A DNA stretch of 64,000 nt from Candidatus Zixiibacteriota bacterium (GCA_024641335.1 JAHEDG010000013.1:156-64155); one strand, 5' to 3'. Positions 42,701-53,465 are shown, numbered from the stretch's first letter. Numbers and translations: made by a program. Notes: a model not told the origin generated them from the sequence alone.

Positions 42701-43314
42701 GCCTGCTATCGTCATCCAGAGATACCACCCGTTGGACTTTCGAAAAAGGAGCGTCGCTATACGAGCGTTCCTGGATAGTCAATCATTTCCTCGGGCAGTG
42801 GGACGAACGGATTATGGCGCTCAAACCGGAGCCGCCGATGCTCGATCTGGGCTGCGCGACCGGGCGTATGCTCGGCAAGATGATCGATAGCGGTTATCCC
42901 GAAATACACGGATTCGATCTTTCGCTGAATTGCCTGAAAATATTAAAAAGCAAAATTCCCGAGACACCATTATTACTTGGCAGGGGTTTTATCGAGGATC
43001 TTCCTTATAAAGAGGGCTATTTTTCCAGCGTCCTGCTTTCCGGCGTATTGCATCATCTCGAAGACCCGCAGGCGGCGTTTGCCGAAATCGCCCGAGTATT
43101 GAAACCGTCGGGCAAGCTCTATATCGCCGAACCGCTGTTTCCTATCGGGGCCAGGCAGATAGTAAATCTGGCGCTCGATATTTACCCGTTGACCGGCGAC
43201 AGGCGGTTTTACACTCCTGACGGCGTGATTAAGCTCGCGTCCGGCCAAAATCTGCGCAAAAAAGAATCCCTTATTAAAACCATATCCTATATATTGATTT
43301 TAGAACGATGCTGA
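42697..43314 (+). CDS. class I SAM-dependent methyltransferase
   Basis: 'LDLGCATG', 'GFDLS', 'VLHHL', 'RVLKPSG'. Confidence 0.88.
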   Translation: MSLLSSSRDTTRWTFEKGASLYERSWIVNHFLGQWDERIMALKPEPPMLDLGCATGRMLGKMIDSGYPEIHGFDLSLNCLKILKSKIPETPLLLGRGFIEDLPYKEGYFSSVLLSGVLHHLEDPQAAFAEIARVLKPSGKLYIAEPLFPIGARQIVNLALDIYPLTGDRRFYTPDGVIKLASGQNLRKKESLIKTISYILILERC

Positions 43315-44399
43315 AATTCGGGATAATAGGTCTGTCGCAGTCCGGCAAGACCACTGTTTTCAACGCCCTTTCGGGGGCACACGCGGCTGTCGGCGATTAT
43401 TCGACGTCGAAAGCGGCCAATATCGCCGTGGTCAAAGTCCCGGATAAACGTCTCGACAGGCTGGTCGAGATATTCAAGCCGAAAAAGATCACCCACGCCG
43501 AGATCGAGTATATCGATATCGCCGGCATGAGCGCCGGCGCTTCGTCCGATAAGAAAAAGGAAGCGGCCTACGTCAAATCTATCCGCGAAACTGACGCTCT
43601 CATACAGATAGTGCGCTGTTTCGAGAATCAGAACGTGCCTCATCCCGAGGGCTCGGTCGATCCTGGGCGGGATATCACGGAGACCGATTCGGAATTGATC
43701 CTGGCCGACCTTATGGTTATCGAGAACCGTCTGGCCAAACTCGAGCACAATATCAAGGTTGTCAAGCGGGATAGAGAGGAAGCCGAATTCCGGCTGCTCA
43801 GCAGGTTACGTGAGACTCTGGAAGCCGAGAAACCGTTGCGAACACTGGATCTGACTGCCGACGATCTCAAGATGATCGGCTCATTCGGATTCTTGACTAT
43901 AAAACCGATGCTTTATGTCTTGAATCTCGGTGAGGATCAATTGCCTGACCGGGCCAAATGGGAGGCTGATTTTATTGATCTCACGAATACGGCCAAAAGC
44001 GGCCTGACCAGCATCTCCGGCTCGCTGCAGATGGATATCGCCAACCTGGATCAATCTGAGCGGGCGGATTTCATGAAGGAGCTGGGGATCGAGAGCTCCG
44101 CCTCTGATATCATCATTCAGAAATCGTTCGAGATAATCGGGATGATAGCCTTTCTGACCGGCGGGGAGCCGGAGGTTCATTCCTGGCCGATCCGCAAGGG
44201 GACGACCGCCCAGGAAGCGGCGGGGACGATCCACAGCGATATACAACGGGGATTCATCAAGGCCGAGACAGTGTCTTTCGACGATCTGGATCGCCTGGGA
44301 AGCTGGCCCAAGGCCCGGGAGACCGGCAAGCTCCATCTCAACGGCAAAGCGTATGTCGTACAGGACGGCGACGTGATCTTGTTTATGTTCAATGTGTAG
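43308..44399 (+). CDS. ychF: redox-regulated ATPase YchF
   Basis: 'GLSQSGKTTVFNAL', 'VPDKRL', 'DIAG', 'AAGTIHSDIQRGFIKAE', 'YVVQDGDV'. Confidence 0.93.
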   Translation: MLKFGIIGLSQSGKTTVFNALSGAHAAVGDYSTSKAANIAVVKVPDKRLDRLVEIFKPKKITHAEIEYIDIAGMSAGASSDKKKEAAYVKSIRETDALIQIVRCFENQNVPHPEGSVDPGRDITETDSELILADLMVIENRLAKLEHNIKVVKRDREEAEFRLLSRLRETLEAEKPLRTLDLTADDLKMIGSFGFLTIKPMLYVLNLGEDQLPDRAKWEADFIDLTNTAKSGLTSISGSLQMDIANLDQSERADFMKELGIESSASDIIIQKSFEIIGMIAFLTGGEPEVHSWPIRKGTTAQEAAGTIHSDIQRGFIKAETVSFDDLDRLGSWPKARETGKLHLNGKAYVVQDGDVILFMFNV

Positions 44400-44564
44400 A
44401 TGATTGCTACACAATTAGTTGTATTGCCATAAGTATAGAATTCCCGGAATTAGGCGAATTTTCCGCTTGATTTTAGCGAATAATAATGACAAAAAACTAC
44501 GAGAAATGTCAAAAAGTGCTTGACAAGACTGAACATTTGTGCAATTTTGACGATGTAAGAAAAG

Positions 44565-45974
44565 ATGGCAAAAGAAACTAAAGTGTTCATGGACCCGGTT
44601 CACGGGCTTATAACTTTCGATAAGGAACGCGAAAGGGTACTATTGGAATTAATAGACACGCCCGAATTTCAAAGGCTTAGGCGGATTAGGCAATTGGGAG
44701 TTTCTTATGTGACTTTCCCAAGTGCAGTACATACTCGTTTTTCTCATTCATTAGGGGTTTGCCATCTCGCAGGAATATATATGGATAAGCTTTTTGAAAC
44801 TTATGGGGATAAATTTTTCAAAAAGAGCGATTTCGAAAGGGCGCGCTTGTTAGTTCGTACAGCGGCATTATTACATGATATCGGTCATGGTCCTTTCTCT
44901 CATGTATTTGAAAAGGCATTGGGGAATGGTGTTAAGCATGAAGAATGGAGTTCAAAAATCGTTAGCACTGATACAACATATGTGAATCAGATCTTGGCAA
45001 AATATGAATCTGAAAACGGGATTTCGGCGACTGATATCACATTAATGATTGAAAAGACATATAAGGATGGAAAGCTAGTCAAAATCCTCTCTGGTCAATC
45101 TGATATAGATAGAATGGACTATATTCAGCGTGACAGCCTTTTCACCGGAGTGAAATATGGGCATATTGATCAAGACTGGTTAATTCATTCTCTTAGGCTT
45201 ACTGAATACAAATCATCTGGCGAACAAATAATTGCAATCGACGCTTCAAAAGGTACAAATTCTATTGAGAGTTTTGTCTTGGCAAGATTAAATTTATTTC
45301 AAACGGTCTATTATCATCATAAAACACGTTCGGCCGAAGTTCAATTATCAAAAATATTATGTAGGATGGCTGAATTGATAAAGACCGAATACTTCGATCC
45401 CAATCATGAAGCGCTTTGTAAATTTGTATCAACAGGGTCGAAGAATGCAGCGATTGCTGATTATCTTGCTCTTGATGATTTTTCGATTTTATCAGTTATT
45501 AATATGATTCAAAATAATGTGGATGATAAAATACTAGAAAACCTATGCAAACGCTTTGTGAATCATAAAATTTTTAAGAGCGTCGATATTCCTGATGACA
45601 GAATTATCGATAATATCGCAGATTTTGAAAATAAATTCGATGAAAAAGGCTTAATAAGCAATACTAATGAATTCGATAGGAAAGACGATCTTAAATATTA
45701 TCGCGGTATCGACGAAGCGGGAATTACTTATTATAAGAGTAATCTTTCGAAAGAAGGCTTTGGTGACGAAATTTTGGTAATTATGAAATCAGGTGAATTG
45801 CGCAAGCTTTCTCTACATTCGGGTATAATTGAGGCAATCGCAGAGCCTCCTGAGGATATTCAACTTCATGACGAAAAAACGAAAGGCAACATTAAAAGGC
45901 AACGAGTAAGAATTTGCTTTGACGAAAATATATTTGATAGGTGTAAGCTTGAAAGCATTGTACAGGGAGGTTAG
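44565..45974 (+). CDS. HD-domain dNTP triphosphohydrolase (SAMHD1/YwfO-like)
   Basis: 'DPVHG', 'FQRLRRIRQLG', 'HTRFSHSLG', 'LLHDIGHGPFSH', 'DIDRMDYIQRD', 'VYYH'; visibly AT-rich. Confidence 0.92.
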   Translation: MAKETKVFMDPVHGLITFDKERERVLLELIDTPEFQRLRRIRQLGVSYVTFPSAVHTRFSHSLGVCHLAGIYMDKLFETYGDKFFKKSDFERARLLVRTAALLHDIGHGPFSHVFEKALGNGVKHEEWSSKIVSTDTTYVNQILAKYESENGISATDITLMIEKTYKDGKLVKILSGQSDIDRMDYIQRDSLFTGVKYGHIDQDWLIHSLRLTEYKSSGEQIIAIDASKGTNSIESFVLARLNLFQTVYYHHKTRSAEVQLSKILCRMAELIKTEYFDPNHEALCKFVSTGSKNAAIADYLALDDFSILSVINMIQNNVDDKILENLCKRFVNHKIFKSVDIPDDRIIDNIADFENKFDEKGLISNTNEFDRKDDLKYYRGIDEAGITYYKSNLSKEGFGDEILVIMKSGELRKLSLHSGIIEAIAEPPEDIQLHDEKTKGNIKRQRVRICFDENIFDRCKLESIVQGG

Positions 45975-45975
45975 C

Positions 45976-46491
45976 ATGATAGAGGATTATTTGAGAATTT
46001 TGAAGATTATTGATACTGTTGGAGAACTGAAATCAAGAAAGAAAATACAGAAGATTGTTTATCTATTGCAACAAAAAGGATTACCTTTTAATGAAAATTT
46101 CAGCCTTCACCATTATGGTCCATACAGCCCTGAGTTGCAAATTGAAATTGATCGCCTTACGGATGGGGGATTAATTAAACAAGAGTCTATAGATGATTCA
46201 TATGTCTTTCAGATTGAGGAAAAAGGTACATCCTTCCTTCGAGATAAAGAGCTGCTTATTCAGCAGTTAACCATAAATAAAGTTCCTGACTTAATCGAAG
46301 ATCTCAATAGTATTGAACCAAGCTATATTTTGGAGATGATGGCTACCATCGTTTACTTTGAAAAAAGCTATGGAAAAAACAAAGATAGATTAAAAGAAGT
46401 ATTAGGTGAAGTAAAACCGAAATTGATCAGCCATTTCGATAAAGCCTGGGAAAATCTCGATAAGCTTAATCTTCATAGTGGTAAACGATAA
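45976..46491 (+). CDS. YwgA-like winged-helix protein
   Basis: 'SRKKIQKIVYL', 'F..HHYGPYSPEL', 'LEMMATI'; GGAGG RBS; starts 1 nt after the HD gene stop. Confidence 0.8.
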   Translation: MIEDYLRILKIIDTVGELKSRKKIQKIVYLLQQKGLPFNENFSLHHYGPYSPELQIEIDRLTDGGLIKQESIDDSYVFQIEEKGTSFLRDKELLIQQLTINKVPDLIEDLNSIEPSYILEMMATIVYFEKSYGKNKDRLKEVLGEVKPKLISHFDKAWENLDKLNLHSGKR

Positions 46492-46616
46492 CGATTAAGG
46501 CTGCTTTCCGCGGTAATTCACAGGTCAATTGTCGGCATATATTCCCCCGCCATCCCTCCCCGATTTCCTTTGCCATCCTCGACCATATATACAATATTAG
46601 AGCTGACGAGGTCAGT

Positions 46617-46922
46617 ATGATAAATGAAGGCAAATACCGTTTCCGCGCGTTCACCCTGGAAATCAAATCCCGGCCCATCCCCAAAAGTTTTCTAGTGATT
46701 TTCTCTGGCGGCATGGATGTCGACGGGAGCGGCTGGGAATCGTCGGCCGGAGACCGCAAGAGACTCGAGGATGATTTCAAGTTTATCTGGAACCCTTTTG
46801 ACGCTCCGTCGAATAAGAAAGGGGAGTATATGGTCAAATTCTCCTCGGATGAGAAGCTAAAGAAATTCGGCGATTGGCTCGATAAACAGATTAAGGACTA
46901 CGGAGGATTGAAGGAGGATTGA
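46617..46922 (+). CDS. hypothetical protein
   Basis: 101-aa ORF with GAGG RBS and host-like codon usage. Confidence 0.6.
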   Translation: MINEGKYRFRAFTLEIKSRPIPKSFLVIFSGGMDVDGSGWESSAGDRKRLEDDFKFIWNPFDAPSNKKGEYMVKFSSDEKLKKFGDWLDKQIKDYGGLKED

Positions 46923-46983
46923 AAAGCGTTCGATCCTGTTTCGACTCTTTTTTGAATAATTTGAATAATATCAGGGAGGGATT

Positions 46984-49431
46984 TTGACGGAAGGATCTGT
47001 TGCGAACGAGGGAACAGGCTCCCCGATTCTGGATAAAGAGAAGCTGGCCGGAGGCGAACTTTCCATATTACCATTAAAAGCGGCGGTCGTGTTTCCATCG
47101 CTGGTCATGCCCCTGATGATCACGGAGGCTCGATATGCCCGGCTTATCGACGACGCCCTGATGGCCGGAGATCCGATAATTTTGGTGGCCCAGAAAGATC
47201 CCGATAAGGAGTTCCCGGCGGCGGATGATGTCTATACGGTCGGCACTGCCGGCTCCATTCTGAAGATGCTGCGGTTCCCCGACGGCTCCGTCAGGTTTCT
47301 GGCCCAGGGGTTGATGAGGGTAAAGATCGAAAAAATCACCCAGGTCGAGCCTTATCTCAAGGGAAAAGTCCAGCCTGTCGAGGATATTCAATCCAAAGGA
47401 GTGGAAGAGGAAGCCCTGGTCCGCAATATCCATGAACAGCTTAAAAAGGTAGTCCAACTGGCGCCGTATCTGCCCGACGACCTGCAGGTATCCGCCCTGA
47501 ACACCGAGGATTCATCCAAGCTGGCCGATCTGATCGCCTCCAATCTCAATATCAATACCGAACAGAAACAGGAGATCCTGGAGATATTCGAAGTTTCCGA
47601 ACGGCTGAAGAAACTTACTTTCCTCATTACCAAGGAGATCGAGGTTCTGGAGATGTCCAAGAAGATCCAGACCGAAGCGGCCAGCGAAATGGGTAAATCG
47701 CAGCGCGAATATATTCTCCGCGAGCAGCTTAAGGCGATCAAACGGGAGCTGGGCGAAACCGACGATCACACCATGGAACTCGAGGAGTTTCGCAAGAAAA
47801 TTGATTCCGCAGATATGCCTAAAGAATCCAGAGAGGCCGCTGAAAAAGAACTCGATCGTCTCTCCAAAATGAACCCGTCGGCGGCCGAATACACTATCAG
47901 CCGCACCTATTTGGACTGGCTGGTATGTTTGCCCTGGTCGGTTTCCACAGAAGATATGCTTGATATCAAGAAAGCCCGGAAGATTCTCGACGAGGACCAT
48001 TACGATCTGGAGAAGGTCAAAGAGAGAATTCTGGAATATCTGGCTGTTCGCAAGCTGAAATCCGATCTCAAAGGTCCGATTCTCTGTTTTCTCGGCCCTC
48101 CCGGGGTGGGGAAAACATCATTGGGACGATCTATCGCCCGAGCTATGGGTCGGAAATTCCATCGCATATCGCTCGGAGGTGTTCGCGACGAGGCGGAGAT
48201 CCGAGGACATCGGAGAACATATATCGGGGCTCTTCCCGGACGGGTTATTCAGGGACTGCGCAAGTCCGGATCCAATAATCCTATTTTCATGCTTGATGAG
48301 ATAGACAAAATCGGTCAGGATTTTCGAGGAGATCCTGCCTCTGCCCTGTTGGAAGTGCTCGATCCGGAACAGAATAACGCCTTTTCCGATCATTATCTGG
48401 ATGTTGTTTTCGATCTTTCCAAAGTGATGTTTATAACCACCGCCAACATGTTAGAGACTATCCCGCCAGTGCTTTTGGACAGGATGGAGGTCATTCATCT
48501 GACCGGCTATACCGATATGGAAAAACTGGCTATCACCAAAAAATATCTTATCCCGAGAAATCTTTTCGATCACGGACTGAACTCCGATAATCTGCTGATT
48601 AAGGATCAGGCGATCAAGAAGATCATTTCCGATTACACCAGGGAATCCGGCCTTCGCAATCTGAACCGGGAAATCGGAACCATTAGCCGCAAAGTGGCCA
48701 AGGCGGTGGCCTCAGGCGAAACCGAGAGAATCTGTGTCGATATCAAAAAGGTCAGAAAATTCCTCGGTCCCGAAAAGTTCCAGCAGGAGATGACTGAGCG
48801 AAAATCGCATATCGGGGTTGTCACCGCTCTGGCCTGGACATCCACCGGCGGCGATATACTTTTTGTCGAGGCTACCAAAATGCCGGGCAAAAAGCAGCTG
48901 GAGCTGACTGGACAACTCGGCGATGTAATGAAAGAGTCGGTCAAAGCGGCCTTATCATATTTGCAGGCCCACGGCGACGAGCTCGGGATTACCCGAAGAG
49001 AATTCGAGGAACATAATTTTCATATCCATGTACCCGCGGGAGCTACCCCCAAGGACGGGCCGTCAGCGGGAATAACCATGTGTACAGCTCTGGCTTCCGT
49101 GCTTCTGAATAAACCGGTCAAGCCTCAGCTGGCCATGACCGGCGAAATAACTTTGCGGGGCGATGTTCTACCGATAGGCGGTATCAAGCAGAAAGCGTTA
49201 GCCGCCTACCGGGCTGGAATTAAAACCATACTTCTCCCCAGACGAAACGAAAGCGATCTGGAGGAGATCCCCAGGGAGATCAAAGCGAAGATCGAGTTTG
49301 TTTTGGTCGATCGAGTCAGCGATGTTCTCTGGCACGCGCTCGGGATAAAGATGGAGACGAAAAAGCAGGTTAGAAAGAAACCGGCGAAAAGAACTGTCGC
49401 GAAAAATACTAAAAAGAGCAAACGAAAATAA
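46984..49431 (+). CDS. lon: ATP-dependent Lon protease
   Basis: N-domain, '[10 protein letters not shown]', '[12 protein letters not shown]', 'LDEIDK', 'PKDGPSAG', '[10 protein letters not shown]'. Confidence 0.97.
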   Translation: MTEGSVANEGTGSPILDKEKLAGGELSILPLKAAVVFPSLVMPLMITEARYARLIDDALMAGDPIILVAQKDPDKEFPAADDVYTVGTAGSILKMLRFPDGSVRFLAQGLMRVKIEKITQVEPYLKGKVQPVEDIQSKGVEEEALVRNIHEQLKKVVQLAPYLPDDLQVSALNTEDSSKLADLIASNLNINTEQKQEILEIFEVSERLKKLTFLITKEIEVLEMSKKIQTEAASEMGKSQREYILREQLKAIKRELGETDDHTMELEEFRKKIDSADMPKESREAAEKELDRLSKMNPSAAEYTISRTYLDWLVCLPWSVSTEDMLDIKKARKILDEDHYDLEKVKERILEYLAVRKLKSDLKGPILCFLGPPGVGKTSLGRSIARAMGRKFHRISLGGVRDEAEIRGHRRTYIGALPGRVIQGLRKSGSNNPIFMLDEIDKIGQDFRGDPASALLEVLDPEQNNAFSDHYLDVVFDLSKVMFITTANMLETIPPVLLDRMEVIHLTGYTDMEKLAITKKYLIPRNLFDHGLNSDNLLIKDQAIKKIISDYTRESGLRNLNREIGTISRKVAKAVASGETERICVDIKKVRKFLGPEKFQQEMTERKSHIGVVTALAWTSTGGDILFVEATKMPGKKQLELTGQLGDVMKESVKAALSYLQAHGDELGITRREFEEHNFHIHVPAGATPKDGPSAGITMCTALASVLLNKPVKPQLAMTGEITLRGDVLPIGGIKQKALAAYRAGIKTILLPRRNESDLEEIPREIKAKIEFVLVDRVSDVLWHALGIKMETKKQVRKKPAKRTVAKNTKKSKRK

Positions 49432-49453
49432 CCTGTATTTTATACCAGCTCTG

Positions 49454-49479
49454 AAAGCCCGGGCTACCGGGCTTTTTTT
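49454..49479 (+). terminator. lon terminator
   Basis: AAAGCCCGG-GCTA-CCGGGC-T7. Confidence 0.85.
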
Positions 49480-49677
49480 ATTATTTAAATAGCCAGTTTG
49501 TGGTTATTCTCATGCTCAAACTTAACATTCATTGAAAGGACACTTGCCATAACAGTTATCATGGATAATTTAACCTACTATTAATAATTATTCTCTTTAC
49601 AAACCGGGACAAACAGGTATATTTTAAAACGTATTATTGAAAACCTCAGATATCTTTTTTCGAAAGCGAGGAATTGT

Positions 49678-49824
49678 ATGATGCTATTCGGAATTGTCGG
49701 CGGCGTGGAGGTGCTGATCCTGGTGACCACACTCCTGATCGGTATCACTATTTATCTGGTCAGCAGAGAGAAATCGCAGAAAGACATGACCCATGATTCT
49801 GAGAAAAGAGCGGAGATTCGTTAG
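49678..49824 (+). CDS. 48-aa single-pass membrane protein
   Basis: Not in track; GAGGA RBS; MMLFGIVGGVEVLILVTTLLIGITIYLVSREKSQKDMTHDSEKRAEIR. Confidence 0.55.
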   Translation: MMLFGIVGGVEVLILVTTLLIGITIYLVSREKSQKDMTHDSEKRAEIR

Positions 49825-49851
49825 GCGAATTAGGGCCTTGAACTGTCAGCA

Positions 49852-51261
49852 TTAACTCGGCAGCATCTTGCCGGGATTGAGTATCCCCTTGGGATCGAAT
49901 ACCTTCTTTATACTCCGCATCAGCCCGAGTTCCACGTCGCTCAACGCGATCGGTAGGTAATCCTTCTGCACCCAGCCTATACCATGCTCACCGGAGATAG
50001 AACCGCCTAAAATCACCACTTCCCGGAATAGTTCGTTGATGACCTGCGGGAGTTTGTTGTTCCAGTCATCGTCGGAGATATCTTTTTTTATTATATTGCA
50101 GTGGATGTTACCGTCGCCGGCATGGCCGTAGGAGATAGTCAGGATACCGTATTTTTTGGAGATGGCGGTGATTTTCTCCACTAACTCCGGCAGGTGCGCG
50201 CGAGGTACAACAGTATCCTCCTCTTTATAAATAGCGATTGATTTGACCGCCTCACCGATATTGCGGCGCATTTGCCACATCTCGGCCTGTTTTTCGGGGT
50301 TATCGGCCACGAAAACATCGGCGGCGTCATGCGCCAGACAGATCTCCCCGATCTTCTCGGCCTGCTCATCGAGGACATCCTCGCGATCGCCGTCGATCTC
50401 GAAAAGCAGCAGCGCGGCGGCGTCGGAATGAGGGAATTTTTTTTCGAATTTGTCCTCGGCGGCCTTGATGGCGGCCCGCTCGATGAATTCAGCGGCCGAC
50501 GGTACAATCCTGTTCATGAAAATCTGTGTCAACCCCCTGGCGGCTTTCTCGAGGGAATCGAACGGGGCCAAAAGAGTTCTCTTATAGCGGGGGAGCGGAA
50601 TAAGTTTTACGATAATCTCCGCTACAATACATAGTGTCCCCTCGGACCCGACAATCAGCTGGGTTAAGTTATAGCCGGAAACGTTTTTCAAGAGCTTACC
50701 GCCGGTTTTGAATATTCGGCCGTCGGCCAATACGCATGTCAGGCCGTAGACATAATCCTTGGTAACGCCGTATTTCAACGCTCTCGGCCCGCCGGCGCAT
50801 TCGGCTATATTCCCACCGATCGTGCAGGATTCCTTCGACGCCGGATCGACCGGGTAAAACAACCCCTCGGCCTCCACCGCCTGATGCAGATTATGGGTAA
50901 TTAGTCCGGGCTGGACCGTGGCCATCAGGTTTTCTTTGTCTATTTCTATTATCCTGTTCATTCTTTCGGTGGAAAGCACAATCCCGCCGTATACCGGTAA
51001 GGCCCCTCCGGAAAGACCCGTTCCGCCGCCGCGGGTAGTAACCGGGATATTGTTTTGGTGGCAGATTTTCATTATCTCCGAAATCTCGGCCGCGGACGAC
51101 GGTCTGATCGCCGCATCGGGAAAAAACTCGAGATCCTCGGTCTCGTCGTGGGAGTACGGCTCGAGGTCGAATCTATCCAAAATAACCTGATCCAAACCGA
51201 CTATATCGCCAAGACTCTCTATTATTTCCGGGGTGATCCTGCCGAAATCGGGGCTGTTCAA
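49852..51261 (-). CDS. FAD-linked oxidase, GlcD/D-lactate dehydrogenase family
   Basis: 'RGGGTGLSGG', 'CTIGGN', 'GSEGTL', 'GHAGDGNIH', 'ISGEHGIG', 'DPKGILNPGK'. Confidence 0.92.
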   Translation of the reverse strand: MNSPDFGRITPEIIESLGDIVGLDQVILDRFDLEPYSHDETEDLEFFPDAAIRPSSAAEISEIMKICHQNNIPVTTRGGGTGLSGGALPVYGGIVLSTERMNRIIEIDKENLMATVQPGLITHNLHQAVEAEGLFYPVDPASKESCTIGGNIAECAGGPRALKYGVTKDYVYGLTCVLADGRIFKTGGKLLKNVSGYNLTQLIVGSEGTLCIVAEIIVKLIPLPRYKRTLLAPFDSLEKAARGLTQIFMNRIVPSAAEFIERAAIKAAEDKFEKKFPHSDAAALLLFEIDGDREDVLDEQAEKIGEICLAHDAADVFVADNPEKQAEMWQMRRNIGEAVKSIAIYKEEDTVVPRAHLPELVEKITAISKKYGILTISYGHAGDGNIHCNIIKKDISDDDWNNKLPQVINELFREVVILGGSISGEHGIGWVQKDYLPIALSDVELGLMRSIKKVFDPKGILNPGKMLPS

Positions 51262-51420
51262 GTCGAACCTCGCTGTAAAACAAATTTATGTCCTGGACGT
51301 AAATTATGACGACGGCATAGCCCGGTCAAGGTGAAAAGCCTTGACAGAATATTTTTGCTGTCCCAGAATCGATTGGAATGATAAGGATGAATCGTGAATC
51401 GACTTCGTGGGGATTAACCG

Positions 51421-52110
51421 ATGATTAGCCGGATCGCTTTAAATTTGATTTTATTGATATTAGCTTTTTCCCGAATCGTTGTCGGGGAAGAGACTGACGC
51501 GCCGTTAACCCTGAATGAAATCCTTGCCCGGGCCGATTCGGTGAGCAGCAGAAGCGATTCGATACTAACGAATAATAAATACAGCTTCGAATCATATTCT
51601 ATTTTCGAACGCCTGAACAAAGACGGTTCGATTAAGAATATCGATACGACCGATGCCGTGGTTACCATGCGGGGCACCGAAGAGCTTTCCAGGGAGATCA
51701 TTTACTCGTCATCCGGCGATGACGGCAATAAGAAAACAAAAAGAGAAGAGAAACGGTTATCGCTGTCGTTCGATAACCCCGAATATGATTTCACATTGAT
51801 AGGCTCTGATGAATCATCATATACGATTTCAGTCGATCCCAAAACCGACCCCCCCGGCGAAGGACTATACAAGGGAACGATAGAGATCGATAGATCCAGG
51901 TTCTTTCTTAAGAGATTCGATTTTGTCATACCGAATCCCGAAGGCGCGCTGCGGGAATTCTCTATCGAAATGAATTTCGAGCTCCTGGAGGGAGAGCTCG
52001 TGGTTCCTGTCGATATGAGAATGACGGGTTTTGTAAAGGCCCTGCTAGGTATTATCAAAGTTCGGTTCAGCGGTGAAACACGGTTTTCGGATTACAAACT
52101 GCTTCAGTAA
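51421..52110 (+). CDS. hypothetical exported protein
   Basis: Signal peptide; beta-rich, ends 'FSDYK' like LolA/MucB-fold proteins. Confidence 0.6.
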   Translation: MISRIALNLILLILAFSRIVVGEETDAPLTLNEILARADSVSSRSDSILTNNKYSFESYSIFERLNKDGSIKNIDTTDAVVTMRGTEELSREIIYSSSGDDGNKKTKREEKRLSLSFDNPEYDFTLIGSDESSYTISVDPKTDPPGEGLYKGTIEIDRSRFFLKRFDFVIPNPEGALREFSIEMNFELLEGELVVPVDMRMTGFVKALLGIIKVRFSGETRFSDYKLLQ

Positions 52111-52298
52111 GTCCGTAATACGCGGCGACCTGATAACATACGGCATTCATTCCGTGTTATTCCCCAAATCCCTGATCGGCTTACGGCTCGTGGAGGAATC
52201 CATCCAGGCTCGTCCCGCTCGTGTCAGAATATCGGCCGTTTGTTACTTGCTCTCATATTATGAATAAGCTATTCCGGATTTAACCTGGTGTCTGTTTC

Positions 52299-53084
52299 CT
52301 ATTCCAGACCGAATTCCCTATCGAGTAAGAAGCGCCGCATATGATCCCGGAGCGCTATGGGGTCGGTTGATGCTACTCTCCGCGACGTGTGCTCGCTCCA
52401 GCTGTAATCGTCGTCGGGAATCTCTCGGCCGTCGGGCGACGAAACTTTTCGTTTCGGACCGTCATACAAACCGGTGGCTTTGATAAGAGAGTCATATTCC
52501 TTTATTAATTTAGCGAAATTATTATCGCTGTATTCTTCCCGATGAATTACGACATCATCAGGCAGTCTCGGCTTGACCATCGGATCGTGATCGGGATATC
52601 CGAGGCAGATCCCCATAAGCGGGAAAACTCTTTCCGGCAGTTTCAATAGATCGCAAACCTGGCCGGGATTATTGCGTATGCCGCCGATCATGCAGACTCC
52701 CAGCCCCGAAGCTTCCGAGGCCACCAGAATATTCTGGGCCACTAAGGCGGCGTCCACCACCGCCACAATGAACATCTCGATAAACCTGTCGTTGGATTTG
52801 TATCCGCGAAGCTCGCAGACCTGTTGGAGCCTGTGCAGATCCGGGCAGATGGCCAGGAAGACGGGGCATGAAGCCACATACGATTGATCACCGCACAGGT
52901 GAGCTAATTTCGCTTTTTTCTCTTTGTCCTTAACCACGATTATTGAATACGCCTGTATGTTCGATGATGTCGGCGCCTGCCGTGCGGAGATGAGGATATT
53001 TTCGAGCAGATCGTCGGGTATAGGCTCGGGTTTGTATTTGCGTATGGAGCGGTGGGATTTTAACAGAGCGAAGATTTCTTTCAT
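52299..53084 (-). CDS. nfsA: NADPH-dependent nitro/flavin reductase, NfsA/Frp family
   Basis: 'HRSIRKY', 'APTSSNIQAYSII', 'VDAALVAQN', 'IGGIRN', 'KPRLP'. Confidence 0.88.
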   Translation of the reverse strand: MKEIFALLKSHRSIRKYKPEPIPDDLLENILISARQAPTSSNIQAYSIIVVKDKEKKAKLAHLCGDQSYVASCPVFLAICPDLHRLQQVCELRGYKSNDRFIEMFIVAVVDAALVAQNILVASEASGLGVCMIGGIRNNPGQVCDLLKLPERVFPLMGICLGYPDHDPMVKPRLPDDVVIHREEYSDNNFAKLIKEYDSLIKATGLYDGPKRKVSSPDGREIPDDDYSWSEHTSRRVASTDPIALRDHMRRFLLDREFGLE

Positions 53085-53105
53085 TAGCTTTTTCCTCTAT
53101 CCGTT

Positions 53106-53133
53106 GTAGGGATTTGATTAATCAAGCCCCTAC
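53106..53133. repeat. 28-bp GTAG-type REP palindrome
   Basis: GTAGGGATTTGATTAATCAAGCCCCTAC. Confidence 0.75.
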
Positions 53134-53139
53134 GAGTCA

Positions 53140-53168
53140 ATCATATTCCATCTTTACAAACTTGGCAA
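53140..53168 (-). promoter_or_regulatory. sigma70 promoter (copy A) for nfsA
   Basis: TTGCCA-17-TATGAT on minus strand; duplicated at 54115-54143. Confidence 0.6.
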
Positions 53169-53288
53169 CCGGTTTTTATAAGATGGGAAAATAAGCGTCG
53201 GATTGCGCGTCATACTTTATTATGACTGCTTCCCAGTATACCCCCGATATCGAAGAAGCATGGATCTATCCTCTGTATTAACTCTGAA

Positions 53289-53465
53289 GTCGTCAGGTTC
53301 GGGGACCTGACGACACGTCGTTTACGGGTGCGCGGTCAAGTCTCTGTGTTCTCCAAGTGCGGTCAAGTCTCTGTGTTCTCCAAGTGCGGTCAAGTCTCTG
53401 TGTTCTCCAAGTGCGGTCAAGTCTCTGTGTTCTCCAAGTGCGGTCAAGTCCCCGCACTTGACCGC
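53289..53465. repeat. left REP cassette: hairpin + 4x27-bp tandem units + inverted related hairpin
   Basis: GTCGTCAGGT-TCGGGG-ACCTGACGAC; (GCGGTCAAGTCTCTGTGTTCTCCAAGT)x4 at 53332-53439; GCGGTCAAGT-CCCCGC-ACTTGACCGC at 53440-53465. Confidence 0.92.

Noticed and set aside
49678-49824. tatA assignment for the small membrane ORF
   Set aside because: Lacks the FG hinge and amphipathic helix of TatA
53113-53125. TTGAT..ATCAA as an FNR box
   Set aside because: Spacer is 2 nt rather than 4 and the motif is the core of a 28-bp REP palindrome, also found between convergent genes
53332-53465. 27-bp tandem repeats as a CRISPR array
   Set aside because: Units are identical head-to-tail with no unique spacers, and there are no cas genes in the window
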